DNA of 64,000 nt from Flaccisagitta enflata (Eukaryota): positions 42,842,001 through 42,906,000 of the forward strand of contig OZ231126.1 in the NCBI GenBank assembly GCA_965153355.1. The letters run 5' to 3'. Positions 16,137 to 26,472 of the stretch are shown here, piece by piece. Within the stretch, counting starts at the first letter, position 1. Every line of letters begins with the position of its first letter. The position numbers were made by a program, and so were the translations under genes. Under the pieces are notes generated by a model. It saw nothing but the letters and a program-made list of their open reading frames with translations. It made no database searches and was not told the DNA's origin.

Positions 16137-16991
16137 GATTGATCACAATTCTCAGTCGCGTGTCCGCGACTCTATGAGTCAGTCTGTCAGTCGATTGGTC
16201 CGTCGGCTTCTGGTTTTTTTTCAGAAGCTCATTTTTTGTGCAGTGTTGCATCACTACCTCCACGTACTCGCAACATTTACCAGTCGGTTTCAGCACATAT
16301 AACCCCCGAAAGAATACGTTAATCCCCATATTACAAGTTATTGGAATCTAGCAGCCGAAGAAGTGCAATTGGCGCTTGGCCATGGACTCGTACATGGACC
16401 GCCAACCATTTCTCGATTTCGCTTTTATTCTTATTTTCTGTTTTTTTTTTAATCTATTCAGAGTTCTGTCCTTCAATGAATAATACATGACGAAGGCTAT
16501 TTTCTCTCGCTATATGATATACTTAATCATAATTCATGAGAGAAATATGGCGTGATGAGGACAGGGAGGAGGGGGAGCATGAGGGGAAAGATGAGGAGGG
16601 AGGGGGATGGAGGGAAGGAGGGAGTGGCAGAGAGGGAGGGAAGTGAAGGGAGGGAGGGAGGGAGGAAAGGAGAGGGAGGGAGGGAGGGAAGGGAAGGGAG
16701 AAAATGAGGGAGTGGGAGGGAGGAAGGGAAAGGGGAAGGAGGGAGGAAAGGAGGGAAGGAGGGAGTGGAAGGGAGGAAGGGAAGGAGAGGGAGGGAGGGA
16801 GGGAGGGGAAGAATCTTTCAGATTTGTGGCACTCAGCCTACGCGATGCCCCGACGGAGATAGCCTCTCTTTTTCTCTGTCCCGGTTGTGTTCCTTATTGA
16901 CTAACTTCTTTTTTCCATTCTTTTTCTGTCTTTGCCTCTCTCTGACTCTGTCTTTGTCTCTTGTCTCTTTCTCTCCTTTCTTCTCTTTCTT

Positions 16992-17089
<98 letters not shown>

Positions 17090-17697
17090 TCATCATATGC
17101 GTGTCTGTTTGTTTTTCGCCATATTTAACTACAAAGCGCGGGCTGGAGCTTTTACTTTTTTTCTCTCCTGTTTCTCTCTCATTCTGTGTGTGTAAAACGA
17201 CGCCTTTCCCGATATTCAATCATATATATATATATATTCAATTCTATACATATTCATTACATGTTTTTCCGTTGATATCGATTTGTGCGCGATGGAATCC
17301 TTAGAAACGAAAGAGCAAACCGATCGTGCCATTTTTACGCGAGACTATTCAATATTTTCCACACAGGGGCACGAAATTTGAGTGATCGGTTACAGACATT
17401 GTTCCCAGATCTCATGCTCAAATAAGTGCGAGTGTAGTTCAAGCAACAAATTTGATGTTTGTCTTTGTTTTTAGTGGGGACACGCGACTCTATAATGGGC
17501 TTTGTCGGTCCGTCTGTCCGTCCGCCATTCCACCCGTCCAACAGTGATGATCGAGTCGAAAATTGTGAAAAAGTGTATTTATGATGTTGCAGTTATGATT
17601 GTTTGTGTGCGTGAATGAGCATGGGGTAACCCTGCCCACCCGTCCGCATCGATATTATGACTCTGCGTCACTTTTTGTGTTGTTTTGTTTTGTTTGC

Positions 17698-17761
17698 CTT
17701 CTTCTTCTTCTTCTTCTTCTTCTTCTTCTTCTTCTTCTTCTTCTTCTTCTTCTTCTTCTTC

Positions 17762-17793
<32 letters not shown>

Positions 17794-18124
17794 CTTCTTC
17801 TTCTTCTTCTTCTTCTTCTTCTTCTTCTTCTTCTTCTTCTTCTTCTTCTTCTTCTTCTTCTTCTTCTTCTTCTTCTTCTTCTTCTTCTTCTTCTTTCTTT
17901 TTTTCTTCTTCTTCTTCTTCTTCTTCTTTCTTTTTTTCTTCTTCTTCTTCTTTCTTTCTTCTTTCTTTTTTCTTCTTCTTCTTCTTCTTCTTCTTCTTCT
18001 TCTTCTTCTTCTTCTTCTTCTTCTTCTTCTTCTTCTTCTTCTTCTTTCTTTTTTTCTTCTTCTTCTTCTTTCTTTCTTCTTTCTTTTTTCTTCTTATTTC
18101 TTCTTCTTCTTCTTCTTCTTCTTC
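17698..18124. repeat. (CTT)n microsatellite
   Basis: Direct reading. Confidence 0.96.
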
Positions 18125-18348
18125 AGCCTTTTGTCCGTGCTCAGGGGATCATCCCCCAATGTGTACATATGTTTTCTTTTCCCATTATGCTAATGACAAG
18201 GACCTCCGCTAGGGGCTACAAGAAAAGCTGCAATTAAGATGTTCCTTTTTTTCTTTGTTTTTTTTTCTCTTTTGGAGAGCGTCCTGTTTTGACCTCCTTG
18301 TTCCACCTCACCTCCACAGAAGTTGGCCCGAATTTGTCTTGGGAGGCA

Positions 18349-18444
<96 letters not shown>

Positions 18445-18841
18445 ACTTTTTGAGACAACTTACATCTATTTTCGCAGAGTCAATATAAACGACCAAAGCG
18501 AGGCCCGTCTACAATCCCGCTCTCCCCCTCCCTTCTTCCAGCCTCCACGGACCTCGCCTCAAAAAGTTTTAATAATATCACTAAAAAGCGATAGCATAGC
18601 AATCACAGAAGCTTTCTATGCTAATTCTAGGTACGTAAACTAAACAACGAATAACGAAACAAAAATAAACTCGCGGTACTTCTCGAGTATCTAAATCTAC
18701 TAAAGGTAACAACACGGTTCACTCATTGTTCATGTCAGCTCGCCATTTCTCGGCGGGCGACTTTTTCCTTCTCTTCTCTTCTTCTTTGTTCGTCCAAGTA
18801 TCTCTCTCGTTCTGTTCGCTCGGCTGTCTCTTCTTCTCTCT

Positions 18842-20122
18842 TCATTTTCCGTTTTCTTCTTCTTCGTCGACGTCCATTCGTTCGTCTCCCGTCTTGAAGC
18901 CTTCTTCTCCTTCGCTTGATTCTTCTTGTTCCTCTTGTCTCTTCCCGTCGCCGCCTCGTTCGCTCTTGATCTTGACGTCGTCTTCCCCTTCGCTGGATTC
19001 CGCCGCATTCTCTTCCTCCTCTCTTCTCTCCTCCGTTTCCCTAAGCAGGTCTCGCATGTGTGGCTCCAGTACCATGGCCACCGATCTCTTCCTACCTCGT
19101 TCCCATAGCTTCAGAGACTCGTCGAGCTTCTTCTCTACTTCCGTTTCCCCTCCCTTCCTCTTCATGGCTTCGGCGTTGTTTTCCATCTGAATTTCCACCT
19201 CCTCCAGTGCATCTCTCGCTGATTTGAGTGCCGTCTTCACCAATTCCACCGACTCATTGAACCCCTTTGCCCCTTCCTGTCTCTCTGGCTTCTTCATTCC
19301 GTCCAGCCAGCCTCCCCACATCCTCATCGCCCTCCTGCCCTTTCCTACCACTTCCAACGTTTCCTTGAGCTTCTTTATATGCGCCTCTCTGTCTTCTCCT
19401 CTCATCAGCCTTTCTCTTCTCCATTCTTGTGCGTCCGCGTCCAGCAGCTCCCCGATCTTGTTCGCCTCGAAGTGCTGGATTCCATGCTCCCGCCATTCTC
19501 TCTCCATCTCGTCTGCCATTCCATATCCGCTGTCCGCTCCTCTTCTTTCTTGCTCTCGCCTTTCTCTCGCCATTGCCGCCTTTATGGCGGCCTCTGCCTT
19601 CAACTTCGGCTCGTCATCTCCGTCCTCCACCTTTCCATGTCCCTTCCTCACTTCCTCAATGACGTGACAGAGTGATTCGCCGGCCCGGAAGATCTCGTCC
19701 TCTTTTTCCGTGTCCGAGTATTCCGTCAACCCCTCTTCTTCTTCTCCTCCCTCCTGTGTAGAAGAGATCTCCTCCTTAGCTTCCTCCCCTTCTTTTCCTC
19801 CTTCCGCCGATCCCGTTTCCGTGTCCGCCGTCGCCGTTCGTGAACTGGTCGACGAGCCGGTTGACGAGCTGGTTGCGGTCATCGATGACCCCGTCTCCTC
19901 CGTCTCTTCCTTCGACTTTATTTGCGAGCTGGTTAGCGAGCTGGTCGGTGAGCTAGTTGGCGTCGTGGATGACCTCGTCGCCCCCTTCTCTTCCTTCGGC
20001 TTCACCTCATCCGGGCTCTGTGACTCCGACGGGGTGTAAGGCGCCGTTCCTCCGTTTCCGCTGCTTTCCTCTTCTTCCTCCGCCGAGGCCTCTCCCGACG
20101 ACATTGACTTGGTGTCAATCAT
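18842..20122 (-). CDS. Putative LINE ORF3, C-terminal part (426 aa ORF; acidic/Ser-Thr-rich, then charged helical region), unknown function
   Basis: Long non-microsatellite ORF on the LINE strand with the same composition. Joins in-frame to the 23048-23362 segment if the intervening insert is removed (...SPALSPV-S-SGEASAEE...). Confidence 0.65.
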   Translation of the reverse strand: MIDTKSMSSGEASAEEEEESSGNGGTAPYTPSESQSPDEVKPKEEKGATRSSTTPTSSPTSSLTSSQIKSKEETEETGSSMTATSSSTGSSTSSRTATADTETGSAEGGKEGEEAKEEISSTQEGGEEEEGLTEYSDTEKEDEIFRAGESLCHVIEEVRKGHGKVEDGDDEPKLKAEAAIKAAMARERREQERRGADSGYGMADEMEREWREHGIQHFEANKIGELLDADAQEWRRERLMRGEDREAHIKKLKETLEVVGKGRRAMRMWGGWLDGMKKPERQEGAKGFNESVELVKTALKSARDALEEVEIQMENNAEAMKRKGGETEVEKKLDESLKLWERGRKRSVAMVLEPHMRDLLRETEERREEEENAAESSEGEDDVKIKSERGGDGKRQEEQEESSEGEEGFKTGDERMDVDEEEENGK

Positions 20123-20724
20123 AAGAATTCAAGGCCTGTACATTCCTGGACCGGGTTGTAAACACACGTAGATCGGTTTTATCCGTTACCGTGTCCTGAA
20201 CAAAATCGCGACTTTTTTTAAGTTCAGGGCGCGGCGAAAAACTAGCTAACTAAGCAAAACCGATCATCTCACGAAAGGCAACCACGATAAAAGCGACAAA
20301 TTCATGCTGCTTTGGCAAATCCCTATACCTGACGATCTATTAGTCTATTGATAGTTCATCATTAGGCAATAACATGGAGAAATAAACATTTCAATGATAA
20401 GACTTTTATTAAAATTTTAATGAATTGACAGTAAACAATGCAATGATTACGCGATAAATACAATAATTACAATATCCGTCTGTTTAGTTTTTGTTCTTCT
20501 CCCTCTTTCTGATTTGCTACAATCTGACACACTTAGCATACTTTTCAACTCAATCCTCACTGAACTGATGGACCACCGATGGACAAAGTCTTATAGAGCT
20601 GCTTGTCCCCGACTAAAAACGGAGAAACCCTCCAATCTATCCATAATTACTTCCTTTTTTCAATAGGACAGTAATCATTCAATAAAAACCTGTACGTGCA
20701 GCCATCAAGGGCCTCGCGTTACGT

Positions 20725-21232
20725 TTGGGTGCTTCACATAGAAAAAGTTGGGAGTATACTTTCACCCTACTAAGTTAATGTGGAGGAGCAAATATCATAA
20801 AGATGACCATTTTCTTTTTTTCAAAATTCCTTCATCTTCCATTTTTGTTTTGGCCTAAAAGTTCTCACAGATTTCCCAGAATTCAGCAAAATCCTGTGTA
20901 GGTTTATTAAAAAAAAAAACAACTATTTGTTTAAGAAAATCATGATGATCATTAAAATTAATTAAAATGTCAGAATATAAGCTAAAAAAAAAGGTTATTG
21001 AAAGGCAAAATTATAATTCTATAAAGAATAAAAATTTGTAAAAGTTAATCCAAACAATGTTAGTATATTGATTTATCTTACTGCATTATGCAAATGCAAA
21101 TACAATTTTTAAAAAAATGGAAGATGAACAATTTCTGATAAAAGAAAAATGGTAAAGGTTCTAAAATTAGCCACTTCACATTACAAAGAGAGCAAAAAGA
21201 AAAAACTAACTTTTGCTATGTGAAGCACCCAA
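20725..21232. mobile_element. MITE with 9-bp TSD (Mutator-like)
   Basis: GCGTTACGT|TTGGGTGCTTCACATAG...CTATGTGAAGCACCCAA|GCGTTACGT. Confidence 0.85.
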
Positions 21233-21343
21233 GCGTTACGTTGAATAGGCTAGCATAATTTTTGACAAGCCCATTGTTTTTTACAGCAAAAGAATTAAAA
21301 CAGGCGTCCCCTGGCGGAGGAAAGATCACCATGAAACAACTGC

Positions 21344-21595
<252 letters not shown>

Positions 21596-22465
21596 AAATA
21601 CCGCGTGAAACACAATCTCCAACCGTCAGAGTACCTATGCGCTGACGTCGACGAACTAGAATCGGTCCGTTGGTCGCTACGCCACGACCACGCCAATCCT
21701 CACGATGCCACGCCACGCGCTACGCCAACAACGTCATTGTGTTTGTTCTGTGTGTGTTTGTTCTGTGTGTTTGTTTTGTATGTTTTTGTTGTATTTGTTT
21801 ATTCTGTTTTTGTTGTTCTGTGTTTTTGTTGTGTGTGTGTTAGTTGTGTGTGTCAGTTTTGTGTTCGCTGTGTGACTGTAAGTAAATTATGGGGTGTGTT
21901 TGTTGTATGAGCGTGTGTGTGTGTTTTTTTTCTTTTTGTCTGTAAATGTCTCCGAGTTTTCATTGTCTGTCATGCTGTTCTTGAACCTTACCAATTTTCT
22001 TTGCTCTGTCGTTTTGCGCTTCATGTGGCCTTGACCAGGTTTTAAATGAAGTTCTTTACAACATGGGTCTTCCAGAGTAGCCTTGAGATCGTGCCCCTTT
22101 TCCATAAACAGAACAAGGAATTACTTTTCTTAGATTACTGCGGGCACGGGCATGGGCTATACCCTTTGGCGGATTTGTCCATCAGTCAGTCCCTAATATC
22201 TTATGATTATTCATTTTGTTCTTATAAACTTGGTTGTTATAAAAAAGAAGTGTTCCGGTAATTTCTGAACGAGACCTCCCTAGTTCATGATTACCCTACG
22301 ATGCAGTATTACGTTTTGTAATGTCGCATTCATGGCGGCCGGCGGCCAGCAGAGTCTGTCGTTTGCTTCACCATTGGTTCTGGTCGTACCTGCAGTGTCA
22401 AAAAGAAAACTACAATGCAATTTTTGATGAATTAGAAAACAGCGAAAGGGAAGAATTATGGTCGA

Positions 22466-22499
<34 letters not shown>

Positions 22500-22502
<3 letters not shown>

Positions 22503-22639
22503 GGACACGCGACTCTACACCTTGCCGTGTCGGTCGGTCGGTCGGTAGATCCGTCACATTTTTGAATTCCGGGCGGTTCTCGCATTACAGCTCCTGCCCA
22601 ACCGTCCGCGACTGTCCTGCCGTGTATCCGGCCTTGTTT
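22500..22639 (+). mobile_element. Family A HINE-like element (short variant)
   Basis: CGCGGACACGCGACTCTACACC...GCCGTGTATCCGGCCTTGTT. Confidence 0.75.
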
Positions 22640-23047
22640 AAATCTTTCTTTAATTTTTTAAGTGTTCCCGCACATTCAAAAAGGTGTGCGGTGGGTCCCT
22701 GAAACAGCGATCATATCCGTATCGAGATTGATACATTATCTAGATACATAGACAAAACGAAACAGTGTCAAAAACCACCCCAATGTTTCCTATTTTCATT
22801 GCAAAGAAAAAGAGCCTGCGCGGCACCAAAAAGTCTCCAAGAATAAATGACCTTACCTGTCTCGTCTTTTTGTATTCGATGGACAAATGTTTTCCGATGG
22901 GACCCGCCCACAGCTCAAAATGAAAATAAAATTCATTCAAGGAAAAAAATAAAAAAACAGAAGTTCTTGTTGATTGTAGCACGTCGAAAGCGAATAAGAG
23001 CAGTTTCAACGCTTCTTCCGTTTTACGCTGTTTAGTTTCATATGAGA

Positions 23048-23362
23048 GACCGGCGACAGTGCCGGCGACCCTATTGCCCCTTCCTCCATCTTCATTTCGA
23101 AGTTGAATCGCAGGTTCCCTCCTCTTCCTTCCGCAGGCGTGCTGGTCATTCCTCCTCTTTCTTTCTTCCTTCCTTCATCTTTCCTTTTCCCCTCCTCTTC
23201 TCCTATTTCCACTGGGAGCAGAACCGTCTTCTCTTCTTTATTCTCGTCGTCTTCTTTCCCTTCTTCTGATGCCGTCGACGAGCGTGGCGCCCTACTTCCG
23301 CTTTTCCCTGCCGTCGACTTCTTGCATCCGTATCCCTTCCTTTGCGGCTTTGGTGGCGGCAT
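23048..23362 (-). CDS. Putative LINE ORF3, N-terminal part (from MPPPKPQRK), unknown function
   Basis: First ATG at 23362 inside ORF 23006-23521, about 240 bp downstream of the ORF2 stop. Same codon and composition style as the LINE. LINE-like sequence stops abruptly at about 23046. Confidence 0.55.
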
Positions 23363-23600
23363 CTCCGTCGGCGCCGGACCCACCTTCGCCGGGGGGGATT
23401 CTTCTCCAGCTTCTGGACGTCGTGCACTCCTCGAACGATTGACGGCCCCCCGTTCGTTGGTGAGTCCTGGAGAGTGGGTTGAAGAAGGGAGAAGGGGAGA
23501 AAAGGTTAGAGTACTTGTCACTTTCCCTTCATTTCATTCTTTCATTTCGGACCTCTCCTCCATTCCGTTTCGTACTCCAGCTTCACCCTCCACTCCACTC

Positions 23601-26402
23601 TCACGTCTCCCTGTTTTTAACGCAAGGATGATATGAGAAAACTCTACAGTGCACACAGTCACCACCCTCCTTCATTCTACAGTATTCATCCCGCATGTAA
23701 TGTTGCAAGAGTGTGGGCGGACGCCTGTCTCCCACTCCATAATTCGCCGTCCTCAACGCCAGTCCCCCTGCCCTCGGATTGTTCCTCATTACTCCCTCCA
23801 TTCTCTTCCCCGCCTGTATTCTCAATTTGTCTCTCAGTGGTACTCTTCCTGCATCTTCCAGCACCGCCCGCTGGCCCATGTGCGGCGGGAATCCGTTTAG
23901 CAGCTTCAGCGCTTTCTGTTGTAGCCTATTTATTTTTTCCCATATGAATTCCTTCGCGTCCAGATATGCCGGTGCCGAGTATCTCAGGGTGCTATCTACC
24001 ATGGTATCCAACACTCCATAAATCAGATCCGGGGTCTTCTTGAACGCTGGGACCAGTCTATTCACCATGTATACCCTTGGAGTTGCCTTCCTGATGATTC
24101 CCTCCACTTCCTCCTTCCAACTTAGCCACTCGTCGATCTTGCAGCCAAGAAATGTAGCTGACGACTTCCTTTCTATTCTCTGTCCCATCATTTCAACCAC
24201 TGCATCTTTCCTTCTCTGTGTCGCATTATGTGTTATCAGCAGGAGCGCACTCTTGGCCGCCTCTGGCCTCATTCGCCAACGACTTGACCACCATTCGAAG
24301 TGTCTTATTGTCTCCTGCAAGATTCTTGTCGCTTCCTCCGTCGTATACGCTACACACCAGGCGGCCAAATCGTCGGCAAAGATATAGGATGATTCCGCGT
24401 GGTGTCGGTTCTCTGGCACGTCGCTCTTAAATATATTATAGAGGCGGGGGCTGTTGATTCCCCCTTGGGGGGTCCCCGCCTCCGGCTCGAATTCTTCACT
24501 TTCTTCTCCGTCCTGTATTATCTTCATCTTCCGGTCCTTGAGGAATGAACTCAGGATTCGCACCAGCTTCTTTGGTAGTCTCGCGTCGATCATCTTCCTC
24601 CTGATCCCAGAATGCCAAAGCCCATCAAAGGCTTTGGCGATATCCAGAAACGCACATGCTGTTACTCCATTATTCTTTATCCCATGCTTCGCATCCTCCA
24701 CTAACTGTATGATGCCCTCTGTCGTCGACCTCTTCTTCCAAAAGCCTCCTTGCCTCTCCTGCAACACTCCCAGTTCCTCCAAGATGCCGTCAATCGCCTC
24801 CCCGAACGTGCGTTCGAATAATTTGCTGGTACATGAGAGTAGCGACACTGGCCTGTAGGACTCACTCTTCGCCGGATCGCGCCCTTTTTTAAGGAGCATT
24901 CTCACCGACGCCTTCTTCCATACCTTTGGGAACACTCCCCTCTCCAAGCATTTCCTTGTCAACTCCCTAAATGCCTCCCTCCACTCGTCCGGCGTTGTCT
25001 TTAGGTCTTCGTGCTTGACGGAGTCTTCCCCCGGCGCGCTTCCTTTCTTCAAACTCCCTATTATTTCGTCCAGCTTCTCCTTGGTGATAAAGCATCTTTC
25101 GAATAAGTCATCACCCTCTTCCTCTTTCCTTTCTCTCAGTACTTCCAGTACTTCCTTGTCTCTTTCATTTTTCTCTTCCACCTCTTTCTTGAACTCATCG
25201 TCGTAGTGGTCACTGACTGGAACAGCGCAGGTAGCTCTCATTCTTTCCTTGTGGATCTCCAGCTCTTCCTTCAAGGTCTCCGCCGTCGTGCCATCTTCTC
25301 TTTTTAGTTTCGCCTTCATCCCGTTATTCCACCTCTCATTTCCAAGTGCCTTATTTATGACACGCCACTGTTCTTTCGGGTCTTTTCTCTCCATCCCCTT
25401 CACATACTCCTTCCTTGTCTTTTCTTCCTTGTCTTGTTGAATCAACTTCCTTACTCTTCTGCTCCAATGGTTATGTTGCTTCCTGTTCTCCTCCCTTATT
25501 TCACTATTCTCCTCCCGATCTCCTCTTCTTCTCCTCTCCCACTTCCTTGCTTCCGCGATCGCCGTCGTTGTTTCTTTTGATAACATTACTCCCTCACTAT
25601 AACGTTTCCATTTCTCCACTGTTGCCACTTCCCTCGCCCTTATCACGATTTCCCCTGATTCCTTTGCTCTTTCCTCTATCTCTTCTTCCGATGGCCACTC
25701 GTCCAATCTTTGTAATTTCTCCATTTCCCTCCTTATCTCTTCCTTTTGCTTCCATCTCAGGACTACTTTTATTTTCATCCTCCCCGATAGCGCTGAGCTC
25801 CTCCATCTGATCTGGATAGCCCTGTGATCCGATCCCCAATCTTCGCGGGTTTCCGCCTTCTCTATCCTTTTTCTGGCTTCCCCGTTTATGAACCAATGAT
25901 CCAATACACTCGTCCCCGCCGTCGAGTTGCTGTAGAATGTTGGCTTGTCTGTTGGCACGTTTGTCCATCCTCGCTTTTCCATCTCCTCCTCCAATCTCTC
26001 TCCCCTTCTGGTGTGCGACGCTGAGCCCGTATTTCTGCAAGGGGCGTTAAAATCGCCCCCCATTAACACCATCGCCCCTTTCTCCTTTTTCTCCTCCTCC
26101 CTGATTCTGTCAAGCCAGTCCTTCCTCGCCTCCTCCCCTGGGCGGATATAAGTATTGCCGATGACCATTTTCCTCCCATCTATTGTCACTTTGAGTATCT
26201 GGCACTCCCTCTCCGGTTCTCTTACTTCCTCCACCTCACTTCCTCTTGGGACGCCAATTGCTACTCCTCCCGCTGCACCTCTCTTCTCCACTCCTTTTAC
26301 TGTCCATTCATGAGTTCTATTTTCCATTTCTTGCTCCTCTCCCAGTCGTACATCTTGCAACAATACAATACTATCCCGCCCCTCCCCCTCTAAAAATTCC
26401 AT
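23601..26402 (-). CDS. LINE ORF2: apurinic-like endonuclease + reverse transcriptase (933 aa from first ATG; frame open upstream to 26558)
   Basis: APE motifs LQDV, GGVAI, NTYIRP, GGDFNA, PTFY, SVLDHWF, SDHRAI. RT motifs YRPVSLLSCTSKLFE, QGGF, FLDIAKAFD, GTPQGGINSP, FADD, FLG. No RNase H motif seen. C-terminal CVHC...HPC. APE motif I (VSFNTNG) lies in-frame upstream of the ATG. Confidence 0.97.
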   Translation of the reverse strand: MEFLEGEGRDSIVLLQDVRLGEEQEMENRTHEWTVKGVEKRGAAGGVAIGVPRGSEVEEVREPERECQILKVTIDGRKMVIGNTYIRPGEEARKDWLDRIREEEKKEKGAMVLMGGDFNAPCRNTGSASHTRRGERLEEEMEKRGWTNVPTDKPTFYSNSTAGTSVLDHWFINGEARKRIEKAETREDWGSDHRAIQIRWRSSALSGRMKIKVVLRWKQKEEIRREMEKLQRLDEWPSEEEIEERAKESGEIVIRAREVATVEKWKRYSEGVMLSKETTTAIAEARKWERRRRGDREENSEIREENRKQHNHWSRRVRKLIQQDKEEKTRKEYVKGMERKDPKEQWRVINKALGNERWNNGMKAKLKREDGTTAETLKEELEIHKERMRATCAVPVSDHYDDEFKKEVEEKNERDKEVLEVLRERKEEEGDDLFERCFITKEKLDEIIGSLKKGSAPGEDSVKHEDLKTTPDEWREAFRELTRKCLERGVFPKVWKKASVRMLLKKGRDPAKSESYRPVSLLSCTSKLFERTFGEAIDGILEELGVLQERQGGFWKKRSTTEGIIQLVEDAKHGIKNNGVTACAFLDIAKAFDGLWHSGIRRKMIDARLPKKLVRILSSFLKDRKMKIIQDGEESEEFEPEAGTPQGGINSPRLYNIFKSDVPENRHHAESSYIFADDLAAWCVAYTTEEATRILQETIRHFEWWSSRWRMRPEAAKSALLLITHNATQRRKDAVVEMMGQRIERKSSATFLGCKIDEWLSWKEEVEGIIRKATPRVYMVNRLVPAFKKTPDLIYGVLDTMVDSTLRYSAPAYLDAKEFIWEKINRLQQKALKLLNGFPPHMGQRAVLEDAGRVPLRDKLRIQAGKRMEGVMRNNPRAGGLALRTANYGVGDRRPPTLLQHYMRDEYCRMKEGGDCVHCRVFSYHPCVKNRET

Positions 26403-26472
26403 TAGTCGTAGCCGTCTATTTGGGTTACCGTTCGTATTGAAGGATACGGCAGTAACAGCCGTATCTCCGACA